Below are positions 12,294 to 23,122 of a stretch of DNA of 64,000 nt, in pieces. A program made the position numbers and the translations under genes. The DNA comes from Tubulanus polymorphus (taxonomy: Eukaryota; Animalia; Nemertea), in the NCBI RefSeq assembly GCF_964204645.1, contig NC_134032.1:10900275-10964274 (forward strand), in the 5' to 3' direction. Position 1 is the stretch's first letter; each line of letters starts with the position of its first letter. Below the pieces are notes generated by a model. It was not told where the DNA came from, ran no database searches, and worked only from the letters and a program-made list of their open reading frames with translations.

Positions 12294-13205
12294 CCGTAAA
12301 TTAGGCATCCTCCTCCGACAGGGATTCGAACCTGATGGCATCGAGATTGCCACGGTACGAAACCCTGCCACACTAGACCGAGTGCGCAGCTACATGCACA
12401 ACTTAAATGATGTCATTGTTAGCTAATCAGAAATCCATTTTATTTTAGCCCGGGTTTTCCCGTTTATAGTTCTTCCGTGAAATTTACCTCAGCGATTATA
12501 CAACGAGCAATCTGATTGGTGCCGCAAGTTTTCGTGCGGCAAAGCTTCGCATGTACCTGTGCACCGGTCTACTGTGACAGGGGTTGGGTGTTCGGATGCC
12601 GTCAGGTTCGAAACCCTGCCGAGGAGGATGTAAATTGGGGTAACTTGATACAATCATTCATTGGTGATTTTTTAAATGCAGCCCGGGGACTTACCTACAA
12701 TCCACCCAAATGGTCAACAAATTGATCAACAATCTTCAGTTCTAGGCTCGACGAAAAATATCTCTATTGATTTTCTAAATCCTTTTTTTTAAACAAGGTA
12801 AACCCGAGGTGAGGGGTGACTTAAGACATACAAAAGATAACACAGAATTTTAGTGAAATGAACATTTAAGTTGTTCTTAACTCCTTTGGTTAAGAGTCTG
12901 GCAAAAAAGGCCGACTCATGGTTGGGTCCTGTACCTTCACGCATCCATTGGAGAAATGGCCTGTATGAAGACGTAACCTCAGTGAAGATGTAAGTCGGGT
13001 TGACTTGAGACACTGGTTTGGATGAACATCCCACTCCAGCTCATTGTGATCTTGTACTAACACTTTTACTAACAAATTTAATTTATACTATCTGAAAATC
13101 TATCCGAATCCATTCTATGCATTAAACTTATAGAGAAAATGAAACTAAAGAACGATACACCAATGACTATCAGCCATATCATCTCAAAGTCACCACAATT
13201 TACGG
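12294..13205. mobile_element. Non-autonomous TIR element with CCGTAAATTG.. termini (pogo/Tc1-mariner-like), flanked by TT; left TIR split by a nested insertion
   Basis: GCG-TT-[CCGTAAATT...CTCAAAGTCACCACAATTTACGG]-TT-TCTG. The empty site GCGTTTCTG is present upstream of VWA-B (22657). Copy 2 at 41058-42105. Confidence 0.8.
12306..12630. mobile_element. 325-bp Mutator/MULE-like non-autonomous element with ~90-100-bp TIRs and a 9-bp TSD
   Basis: TAAATTAGG[CATCCTCCTCCG...CGAGGAGGATG]TAAATTGGG. Removing it restores the host TIR CCGTAAATTGGGGTAACTT. Copy 2 at 41070-41396. Confidence 0.75.
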
Positions 13206-13422
13206 TTTCTGTTTTACGTTTCGGGTGAACATCTTGCTGTGAAGTTAGAGAAAGAGGTTTTGTGGGCGTTGAAAAATTTTCATCAAAAAAGAATATTTGA
13301 AATATATACATTAAAAAACATTCATATATAAATTATAGATTTTGCGCCGGGAGAAATTGAGTACCACTCACCCCATTTTTAATCTAAACTAATTCAAAAA
13401 CACCCGGCAGCTATTCTTTCTG

Positions 13423-13503
13423 TATAAATAACGCCACATTTACCGGTCTAGAAATCAACTATTGTTTCAGTAACCAACGCTGTATTCGTGCTGTACTTTC
13501 AAG
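13423..13503 (+). promoter_or_regulatory. TATA box (TATAAATA 13423-13430) and non-coding first exon (ending AAG|GTAAGT at 13503) of VWA-A
   Basis: The same TATA plus an upstream CCGGCAGCTATTC motif and donor are conserved in all four VWA genes (TATA at 22858, 42322, 51849). Confidence 0.65.
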
Positions 13504-13682
13504 GTAAGTTGCTTAAACAAAATCAAAATTTCGTGCTTCTTGTTTGAAAGCGCAACTGATTTACGTCTCCAGGTCTGTTGGTAAAGTCACAGTCGGTCGG
13601 TTGAGGTGTTCACGCCATTTTCTTCTGATAGGTATTTTATTCATTTTATCTCTATTAATTTCTATTTCACGTTCAGCTGAAA

Positions 13683-15533
13683 ATGACTGCAATCTTCTAC
13701 GGGATGCTATTGGTAGTCGCGTTCGTGTTGGCGCCGGTGGCAGTGATGGCGCACCCTCCCGTCTTGTCGGACTCAATACCAGGTAAAACGTGTTTATTTT
13801 TGTTAGCAGTGTTTGCTTCTATACTTTTCCCAGTAATTATGAAATAACGGCACCAAACGTATAAATGTGGCCAGGGTTCAACAAACCATTCAGTGCTGTA
13901 GATACGTATTGAATTATTCTTATAAATTAGTTAATTTATTCTACGAACCTATAAATGCTTCTTCAAGTAGCGTATATTAGTAGCCTATCCGGCGACAGCT
14001 AGAATTTATGAATATAGCACTAATCTAGTGAATTTGTCAAGCTCCAAAAAAGTCATGATTTTATCTATTTTAGTTTGTTTCAAAGACACTGATGTTGTTC
14101 TCATGCTGGACCAGAGTGGAAGTTTGAGAAACGGAATAAATAATCAAGGACCAAATCACATACCGACTGTCAGGAAAGCAGCGGGAGACATCGTCAAAGG
14201 CTTGCCGCTTCCTGTTGAAAATAATCCAGCGATTTACGGGGTAACATTAGAATGTCGAAAGCCCATCGCACTAAAATTTTTGATTGCCTATTTCTTAAAA
14301 ATTGAACGAATTTTCCATTAACGCTTAGCTGATCACGTAACCTATGGAACAAATGATTTTAAGCTTAAAATCGTTGTACTGATTGGAAATATGAATTAAG
14401 CCATAGCTACTAAACAACAAATCTTTGAGTTTAACTTAACTTGACCAATCAGAATATTTTATGAATAATTTTACATTAAATATAAGCTTACTGATTTGAG
14501 TTTTTTTCTAAGTTATCTTTTAGGTAGAAGCGTATAGATTATCATGTTCATACGGTATTTCCATATTAACAATGTAAATTGTTTATTCTCAGATGGGGGT
14601 GTACATGTTTTCGGGAGCAGCTGAACAGCTCATAGTTCAACAAATGACCGAGTTGCAAACGATGCAAGACGTTGATAATATCGTGACTAAAATCGATAAT
14701 GCAAACATTAACCACGGCCAGACGCATACAGATACAGCGCTGAAGAATGTCCGAGAACAGGTAGATTGATATAGTTGTCTCAGAAAGAACCATCTTGTAC
14801 TTTCATCACAATTTTGAAATTGAGTATCAGATTATAGTTATTGTCACATGATTTGGCATCGTTGCGTGCAAGGGTTTAGTTGCCTTTGCACTATTGGTGA
14901 TGCAACCGAATCCATCATTTGGTCATTAGTACTTCTCGAGAGAGATAGGGGCAAATTTTCAATCAGATCTTGATGTGCAGGTGAATACGTAAACTGATTC
15001 ATTACTCACACGCCACAGTAAGAACATCGAAAATCTTGACCATAGCGTGCTGCCCCTATATAAACCATTGGCGGTGAATACGTGAACTAATCGAGTAATC
15101 GCATGCCACTGTAAGAATATTGAGCTGTGTAATATGATGCTCGTTGGATATGTGTATTTTTCCTCGAAATTCCCCCAAATCATCATGAAATATTTTCATT
15201 CACTTTCAGATGTTGCCGAACAGTCGCCCAGACGTAAACAACACGGTCGTATTGATCACTGACGGCGAAATCTTCAAAGGGAACGAGTTTATTGATATCG
15301 CAGAAGGCTTATTGCTCGAGCAGGCGGATAAACTACGAAGCCCCAACACCCGCATCATCGGGGTCGGGGTCGGAGCAAAACTGCCGCAATTCAAGGAGCA
15401 GTTGAAGAAAGTGGTCAGTCAACCGGTGAACGCAAACTACTTCGAAATAGAAGATTGGGTCAACGTCGAGCATTTTCTGGCGAGCACGATCGTGGCCACG
15501 ATAACATGTCCTCCGATGTGCCCACCACAGTAA
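13683..15533 (+). CDS. Secreted single von Willebrand factor A (VWA) domain protein, paralogue A, 252 aa; coding exons 13683-13782, 14074-14240, 14593-14760, 15210-15533
   Basis: All introns are GT-AG with phases 1/0/0, giving a 759-nt open frame. Signal peptide MTAIFYGMLLVVAFVLAPVAVMA. MIDAS motifs DVVLMLDQSGS, GQTHT and VVLITDG; IIGVGVG strand; flanking Cys (VCFK...TCPP). AATAAA at 15636. Confidence 0.92.
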
Positions 15534-16380
15534 CATGTCCTATGATGTGCACATAAGTCAAATCATACAGATGAGCCCTATATCTGTTCATCTATATTCA
15601 GTCGTATTCCGAAGAAACGTCATATGAAATCAAGCAATAAACGTAAACATTTACGAAAAAGTGACTTCGATTTTGTCATCTCGTCCGAGCTCATGTATTC
15701 GCCGCTGAAATATAGAGGCAGAACGTGACAATCAAGGTCAAACGCTGCTCGATATTCCAACTGTGGCATGCGAGTGGTAATAATACGTCGGTTTATAGTC
15801 AGGATCGGATCGGAGCGTTTTGCCAACAATGATAAACCAACAAGACCCACGTCAAGACATCATGCCTGTTAAATCTGCAATAGGCCTTTCTATCTTTCCT
15901 ACCCATGTTTTTATCTATCACAAATCCTCCTTTGAAAATACGAAATTGCACTAGACATTTTTACGAAACTAATGTTAATCTAACACGTCAAAGGCTTGGT
16001 CAGTTTGATTTGAATAACCTCGATAATATGAACCCTGAAAATGCGAATAATTCATTTATCGATAGATTACATCATTAACGAGGTTTCACCTAAGCAACTA
16101 AAAATGGCAAGAAAAATCAAAATTACCTTAACCCTGGATGACTAGAGGGCTATTTAGATATTCCAAAAAATGTGTTAGATTGTATAGAGCTTCTATAGGA
16201 CTTGATAAAAGCTCTGTTGAATATCAGAACTTTGTTACCGAAATAGATATAATCAGATGAAACGTACTGCTGAAAAATCCTACAAACAGTCACCGAAAAT
16301 CCGATCCAGAAACTAAAGCACAGTCTTGTCGCTGACTAACACTCAATCTTCTGCTCCACCCTCTCTCCTTCCTGTCATAT

Positions 16381-16950
16381 CCACTGCCCGCCCCTCTCTT
16401 CTTTTATCCTCTCCCCTCCCTGTTCCTGGTTTATAATTCTTGTGAATTCCCGATAGTGGGACTTAACCACGGACCCGTTACCGAGTGGTAGTTTTGGCAG
16501 ATCTTTACATTTACATTCCTTCAAAATGACAGTCAATTTTTGAAAATGCTCCATGGTTTGTGTAGTCAAACTCGCGGCTTCATTTTCTGCTGACTAATTC
16601 CTCCATTTTGCCATCCCTGACTCCATCTTCCTAACAGTTGTTACTGTAAATATCTCAATAAGGAGCTAAACCAAAGCCCTGTTACTGACATTCCTGTAGA
16701 TTTCCACACACTTCGTTTTTCGTCAAACTAACAGCCAAGATTTTGCAAATCCACCACGAATTCGAACAGTCACAGCAGCTGAAAGAACACCACATTTTCT
16801 ATCCAAGAACTGGAAGAGTCAGGCATCAAAAACCACGGAGCTTTTCTATTTAATTAAACCCGATGAAAGATAACAGTTTTATAGATAAAACAGATTCGAC
16901 CTCTCGATTCGGACATTTTTTTATAGTATTTTTTATGCTAAACACATTTC
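16381..16950 (-). repeat. Left arm of a long diverged inverted repeat (partner ~19600-20232)
   Basis: Aligns to the reverse complement of 19600-20232 (e.g. CCATGGTTTGTGTAGTCAAACTC / GAGTTTGACAACACAAACCATGG). Copy 2 at ~45524-46090. Confidence 0.8.
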
Positions 16951-17984
16951 GTAGTGAACTGATGATTAGAATATCTAATAATGAGTCTTCGACTGCGGCT
17001 GCCCGACAATATTAAACTCTATGAGTTTGCTTACGTTCAATCGTGTATCTGGAACAAAATTCCTCACAGATCTCGGCAAAAGTCCGATACCAAAGGTCAA
17101 AACGTTACATATTAACTCGTTTAACTTACTGCATAAGTGAGTTCAAAAATTCTCCCTCGATCGATTCGAATCTGAGACTAAGATTCATTTTTTGATTCGC
17201 GTTCATAATCAGAGCACGAAATTTCGGTCAAAAATGATTTCAAAATTGTATTTACGCATTTTGTATGACTGCGGTATTCTGTATCTACCTCTTGATACTC
17301 ATGCGGAATACAGAAATTCTTCCTTCGGATTTCTAGGCCGAGTCAAGATTCATTTTTCAATCACTTTAAAAATCTATGTATGAAATCTCAGTCAAAAGCC
17401 ATTTCAAAGTATAACCGTATTTCAAGTTCAGCCCAGTCAATGTACATAGAAAAATACCAACAAAGAAAAACCAAAAACAAACCGCAAATATTCAATATTT
17501 CGATGTTTAACTCACTCAGATAAAAATCACAAGTCTCTCGACAGATTCCTTATTCCCATAGAAATTCCATTATCAATTTCATAATTAAGTAATTTAGATA
17601 AGATCTTAAAAGATCACGTATAAACATTGCTGCAGTGGGTATCAACTACACAATGTTAAAAGGCACAAAGAATCCATACATATTCTATAGTAAAAATCTA
17701 TATATACCTAAGAGGTTGAGTTTAAGATAAAGAAAGGTATCAGATATACATCAAATGGTTAACCATTTTCGAGATAAGTATCTGATGACGATGATACACC
17801 GATCTTTAGTGAGGAGTATCTCTAGAACCTAGATCAAAAAACCTTTTCCGAGCAGCCTTACGTTGTTCCTTTCTCTCTCTGTACGGCCGTTTCTTTTATT
17901 TCATTTTTTGTCCTTTTTTCTATTTTTCATATATTTGCGAACCGAGCTTTTCTGAGCTTATATGCGTGCGTGCTTTTTTCTATC

Positions 17985-18190
17985 AGAGGCGGGAGGCTCA
18001 AAGCACATCCTCGGACACGCAGTGAACTTGTCCCTTCGTACAAAGTGACCTCATCAATCACAATATACTCAGACCCCTGTGTATATTCGTTCGCTGCGAG
18101 AGGCGGGGGCCCAAAGCACATCCTCGGACATGCAGTGAACTTGTCCCTTCGTACAAAGTGATCAATCACAACGTACTCAGACCCCTCCTG
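17985..18190 (+). repeat. Two direct copies (period 114 bp) of AGAGGCGGG...AAAGCACATCCTCGGACA...CTCAGACCCC, inside a segment bounded by a 17-bp inverted repeat (17839-17855 / 18367-18383)
   Basis: Direct reading; AACCTTTTCCGAGCAGC vs GTTGCTCGGAAAAGGTT. Confidence 0.8.
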
Positions 18191-18483
18191 CTGTTTGTAA
18201 GGGAGTCCACATCTAGCGGATCATACCCTGATGCACTTGTCGTGATGAGCGACATAAGTTCGCTTATTACTTACCTGTATCTTAATTCTTATTATTTCAT
18301 TTTCTCTTTTATTCATATATGTTTCTATTTCTTTCATATATTTTCTTCCCGCCGTTTTGAGAAAACGTTGCTCGGAAAAGGTTGGGCGTGCGTGCAATAC
18401 CCTTTTGGCACAAACTATAAGAGATTTACTCAACACGATCCAATAAGCAATTCAAAATTCAGGTGAATCATCGCACATCAATT

Positions 18484-18930
18484 CCGGGTTCGATCCCCGA
18501 ACTTATGTATTACTCGTCAACCATAGATTCAAACCGGGTTCAAACCCCGGACTACTGGTCTACTGGTTAACTAAAGGATATAGAATAATACCGGGTTCAA
18601 ACCCCGCGCTACTGGACTACTGGTTAACTAAACGATATACAATAATACCGGGTTCAAACCCCGGACTACTGGACTACTGGTTAACTAAACGATTTAAAAT
18701 AATACCGGGTTCAAACCCCGTACTAATGTTTTACCGGTTAATTTGAAAATATAGATGACCCGGTCCATACCCAGGACCAATGTTTTACTGGTTAACTAAA
18801 CGTAATAAAATGATTCCGGGTTCAAACCCCGGACTAATGGTTAACTTGACAATTTAGCAGTTTACCGGGTTCAAAACCCGGACTACTGAATAGCTCAACA
18901 ATAGATTCATACTGGGTTCGAACCCCGGGC
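18484..18930 (+). repeat. 57-bp tandem repeat, ~9 units, each with hairpin core CCGGGTTCAAACCCCGG
   Basis: Cores at 18484, 18534, 18591, 18648, 18705, ~18759, 18816, 18865 and ~18912. Copy 2 (~47616-48012) has ~8 units. Confidence 0.9.
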
Positions 18931-19599
18931 AGCACCAGCTAGTAAAAAGTCTACCATCAAAACTTGTGAACGAAACGTCTTGTATAGGGTTGTGAATAAC
19001 TCCTCTCCAAATACAGAATTGGAAAAAAATATTTGGAGATTGATTATAGATATTTCAATTAAATGAGAATTTTTGATTCGGTATTTTTCTGTACAACTAA
19101 CAAGGACGAACTCTAACTACAGCCCTGCGCCGAAATACGTATTCAAATCGGGATATTCCGACCGTGCATGAGCTCTTTCAGAAATACAGTCAATGTATCA
19201 GCGACAAAAGTACTCTTTATTTACTCTTTATATAGAAAAGTGCAGAAACGATAATCTCGTTCTGTTCAGGGATTTTGAATATGCATCTTAACACGTTCAC
19301 ACGGAGCCATAAGTTGATTCAAAATATATATGAGTTTAAAAACTCTCAAAAGTCGCTTCATGTGTTTTGAACTAATTTTTCGATTTAGCTCATAATCATG
19401 TAACGGAATGTATTCAAAGTATTCCGCAATTTTGAAAACATCTCCTCAAATTTTTCGCCTATATTCATATACCAGAAATAATCTACGCAAGTTTTATCAC
19501 ATACACACAAAGATACATGAAAATGCGTGTACCTATGAGCAAGCATCAAATGAATTTTGAAATCACGAAATATCTGAAGTCAGCCAAATACGCAATCTA

Positions 19600-20232
19600 C
19601 TTAACATGAAAAATACGAGACAAATTTCTTCCATCGAGACACGTCGAATCTGTTTTATCTATACACCTTTAAATCAGGTATATTTGATAGTTTCCGTCGG
19701 AAAGAAGAACTCATTGAGTGCTATCTTAGTCAAAACAGTAGAAAAAATCCTGTATGCTTTGGTTGTTGATTTATCAAATAGTGGACCTCGGAGCCCTGGC
19801 ATCTGCCAGTTTGTGATAGAAAATGCATCAGTTCTTCCAGAAACATTGCTGTTAGTTTGGGACGATTCGAACTCTTGTTGGATTTGCAAAAAATTGACTG
19901 TTGGTTTGACGAAAAGAAGTGTGGAAATCGGTACAGAAAAGTCGGTAACAGGGCTGTGGTTTAGTTCCACAATGGGATATTTACAGAAACAACAGCCAGG
20001 AGGCAAAATGGAGGGATTAGTCAGCAGAAATGTAGCTATGAGTTTGACAACACAAACCATGGCGATTTCTCAAAAATCGACTGTCAATTTGAGGCGATGG
20101 AAATATGAAAATCTGCTAAAACTATCACTCAGTAACCGGACAGCGGTTTTGTCTCACAATCGGATATCAACACGAACCATAGGCCAAGAAGAGGGAATGA
20201 GGGGATGACAGAAGGGAGAGCATGGGCAGTGG
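19600..20232 (+). repeat. Right arm of the long diverged inverted repeat
   Basis: See 16381-16950. Copy 2 at ~48715-49346. Confidence 0.8.
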
Positions 20233-20891
20233 GGAGGATTGTGGTTTAGCTTGAACACAAACCAAGGGTAGGGAGGAGGGGAGGTTGATAAAAATGAGGG
20301 GTATAGTTAACAGGACTGGGTTTAGATTTACACCAACTACGAAGAGAACGGGTGAAAGAAGGGAGGGGGAAGACAGCGATGGGGGAGGGAGAAGGCCTGA
20401 ATGAGTTGTCAGAAAGAGGGCTCATAGACAGTAAGATCATTGCATGACTGTGACCAGTATGATTTCACGATATCCGAAAACTAACTTTTTAATACTATGA
20501 ATTATGTAAATATGAATTTAAGTTTGAGTCAAATTGTAAAACCGTCAAAAATAGAAGGAATGCACCTCACCACAATATCAAACGAGCTGAAATTCACTTG
20601 TTTGCCGTCTTTCTTCTATCGGCCATAATATTCGCCATCATCATCATCTCAACGCTTGTGGTTACTGTTTGCATCCTTAAGATATGAGTTAGTTTCAGCT
20701 AGACGTGCCTTAATTCAAACTGTTTAGTTCTGGTGAATCCGGTTTGCGATAAGGAAAGACGGTCAATATGGCCACCCGCAGTAGTGTAGTGTATACGGAC
20801 TACAAATGTAAATCGAGAGCGACAACGGTCACTTTGAATACGAATTCACCGTCTGCTGAACAATATTCAACCTTGACCACAACGTCGTATA

Positions 20892-21190
20892 CGACTTACG
20901 ACCCGATCCGATCGTTGGGTCGGAGGGAAGCGAGTCTGCGTCAGACTCGATTTTTTAATCGGGAACATTTTCGACAGAGTTTACTTTCCGACCACAAGGA
21001 TAGAATAAGTTTTATTTTCTACGACCCGATCAGATCGTCGTAGCCAATCAGCGACGGGTTTTGCATCACATGTCTTTAAGACTCGGCGATGATCGAGTCG
21101 TATTTATGTCGACCCGAGTGCTCCTAGGATCGTGAGACAAATGAATCGGCAATCAGTGGTCATACGACGATTTAGTCGGGTCGTAAGTCG
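20892..21190. mobile_element. Palindromic MITE-like relic
   Basis: CGACTTACGACCCGA (20892) / TCGGGTCGTAAGTCG (21176). Paralogous remnant at ~10470-10700; the right end is deleted in copy 2. Confidence 0.6.
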
Positions 21191-22857
21191 ACCTTAGCTT
21201 AGCTATAAATAGACTATTTTCTTCACAACCTTCCTCGGCAAATTTTCCCCCAAAAATGGTTTTGTTCGTAATTGCAATCCATAATTGCTATTATCAGCCT
21301 ATATTCAGATATTTCATAATTTTTCTTTAAAATACTAGTTAAACTTTTTGTACATATCCCTCTGAAAGGCCTCTTTAGGAGGGATGTGCGAAAATGATTA
21401 TGATTATTATTTCAATATCTACTAATTATCAGCGCTAAGCTAATCAAAGTTACTTTTTAAGACCTTGTCGGCTCTGCAGTTCACTAATGTCGCTTGTACC
21501 TCGCAACTGGTTGACCTTGGAGTGATAACTGAAGGTCAACTCACTTGAGCGGCAATCCTTTTTCGTCTGGATGGAATGCAATATAAGCTTTATACACTTA
21601 GCTTTATAGACTTTAGTTACATAACATCGCAACACACGTCAACCACGTATCCCACGCAGCTGGCACTTCTGTCGAGTGCGCTTGTTCAAATTGCCGTTCT
21701 ACAGTAACGTGAGCAATTCCAGTCGATAAATTCAACAAGCTGTGAAAATTGGGAATTGAAATTTGACCAAACTAATTATTTTAACTCCAGCGTCCATCCT
21801 ATCAAACCAGAATGGTGGACCTAGGCTTTGAGTTACATACAATTAAGGGGAACCGCAAGAATCCACCATCATCGTCCAAGATAATGCATTTCAAATTTCA
21901 ACTTTCGAACTAGATTTTTTTTCTTCTGAATCCAAAGGTTATCACTTGAACCACCAAATATTGATTACAATGATAGTTTTCTTCAAGATTATTTGCTTTT
22001 AAAAGAAATATAAATAATCTTTACAGGTATATAAGGGGCGGATACACGGGCTAATTTTGAAGAACCCGTCACATCCTAAAAGGGCTCATTGATGATGTCC
22101 ATTATTAGGCAATATTAGGCGTACTCCCGAACAAAAATACACCAATTTTCATCGTTGACAAGATGAAAAAGGGCACGTGGAAGACCGAAAAACTACAAGC
22201 AGATCTGGTGGATCCTCTTTTGGAATCTTCGATTGCCGCAGTAGCACACATCAACTCGCGCTTCGATGAACGAACGTAGGTGTATCACGGATCGAAAATT
22301 GAAATTCAACATCCGTATAGTAAGAGGAACCAAGATCGTTACCGTCCAGTGAGCACGCGCAGAACACAACTACCGGCGTATATTTCAAACTGTAAACGTC
22401 ACCAACCCTAGCCCTACAAACCAAAGAAAATCACTAATCCCAGAAGAAGGGAAATCTTTCAGCGAGTAAATTCGATTTCAGTTATCATTTTTGTAAGTGA
22501 TTTGTCCATTCGTAAAAGAAAATGGTTTGTTTAGGCCTTTATAGTTCGTGTTTTATGCCCAGGCCATACACAGGGAGACACAACCCGGAAAAAAGAAACA
22601 GAAAGTATTTCGTGTGTGATGCTCCGAAACAAGAGGAGTCGAAACAACCCAAAAAAGCGTTTCTGTTTTATGTTTCGGGTGAACCGTCTTACTGCGGTTT
22701 AGAGAAAGAGTTTTGTGAGAAAATATTATGAAAAAATATTTTTCAATATATATTTTAAAAATATTCATATAAATTATAGATATGACGGGGAAGAAATTAA
22801 AAACCACATCGAGTTATCGATAACCAATATAAAAACGACCGGCAGCTATTCGTTCGG

Positions 22858-22940
22858 TATAAATAACACCACATTTCCCCGGTCCAGACATCAACTATTG
22901 TTTCAGTAACCAACACTGTATTTCGTGCTGTAATTTAAAG
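22858..22940 (+). promoter_or_regulatory. TATA box (22858-22865) and non-coding first exon (donor AAG|GTAAGT after 22940) of VWA-B
   Basis: Same architecture as VWA-A. Confidence 0.65.
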
Positions 22941-23122
22941 GTAAGTTGCGTAAACCTCATCATGATTTTGTTCGTCTTCTATGAAACTGCAAATTATCTA
23001 CGTCTGCTGGTCTGTGATTAGTAAAGTCACAGTCGGGCGGTTGAGGTGTTCACGCCATTTTCTTCTGATAGGTATTTTATTCATTTTATTTCTATTAATT
23101 TCTATTTCACGTTCAGCTGAAA

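Noticed and set aside
12306-12630. Two functional tRNA genes
   Set aside because: A B-box-like motif is present, but I could not build an acceptor stem or cloverleaf. The TIR and TSD structure indicates a transposon.
18484-18930. Hairpin repeats with ~40-nt gaps resembling a CRISPR array
   Set aside because: The gaps are homologous to each other (ACTACTGG...AACTAAACGAT), not unique spacers.
19606-20208. 200-aa ORF
   Set aside because: Frameshifted in copy 2, no recognisable domain, and it lies in a repeat arm whose inverted partner keeps only part of the frame.
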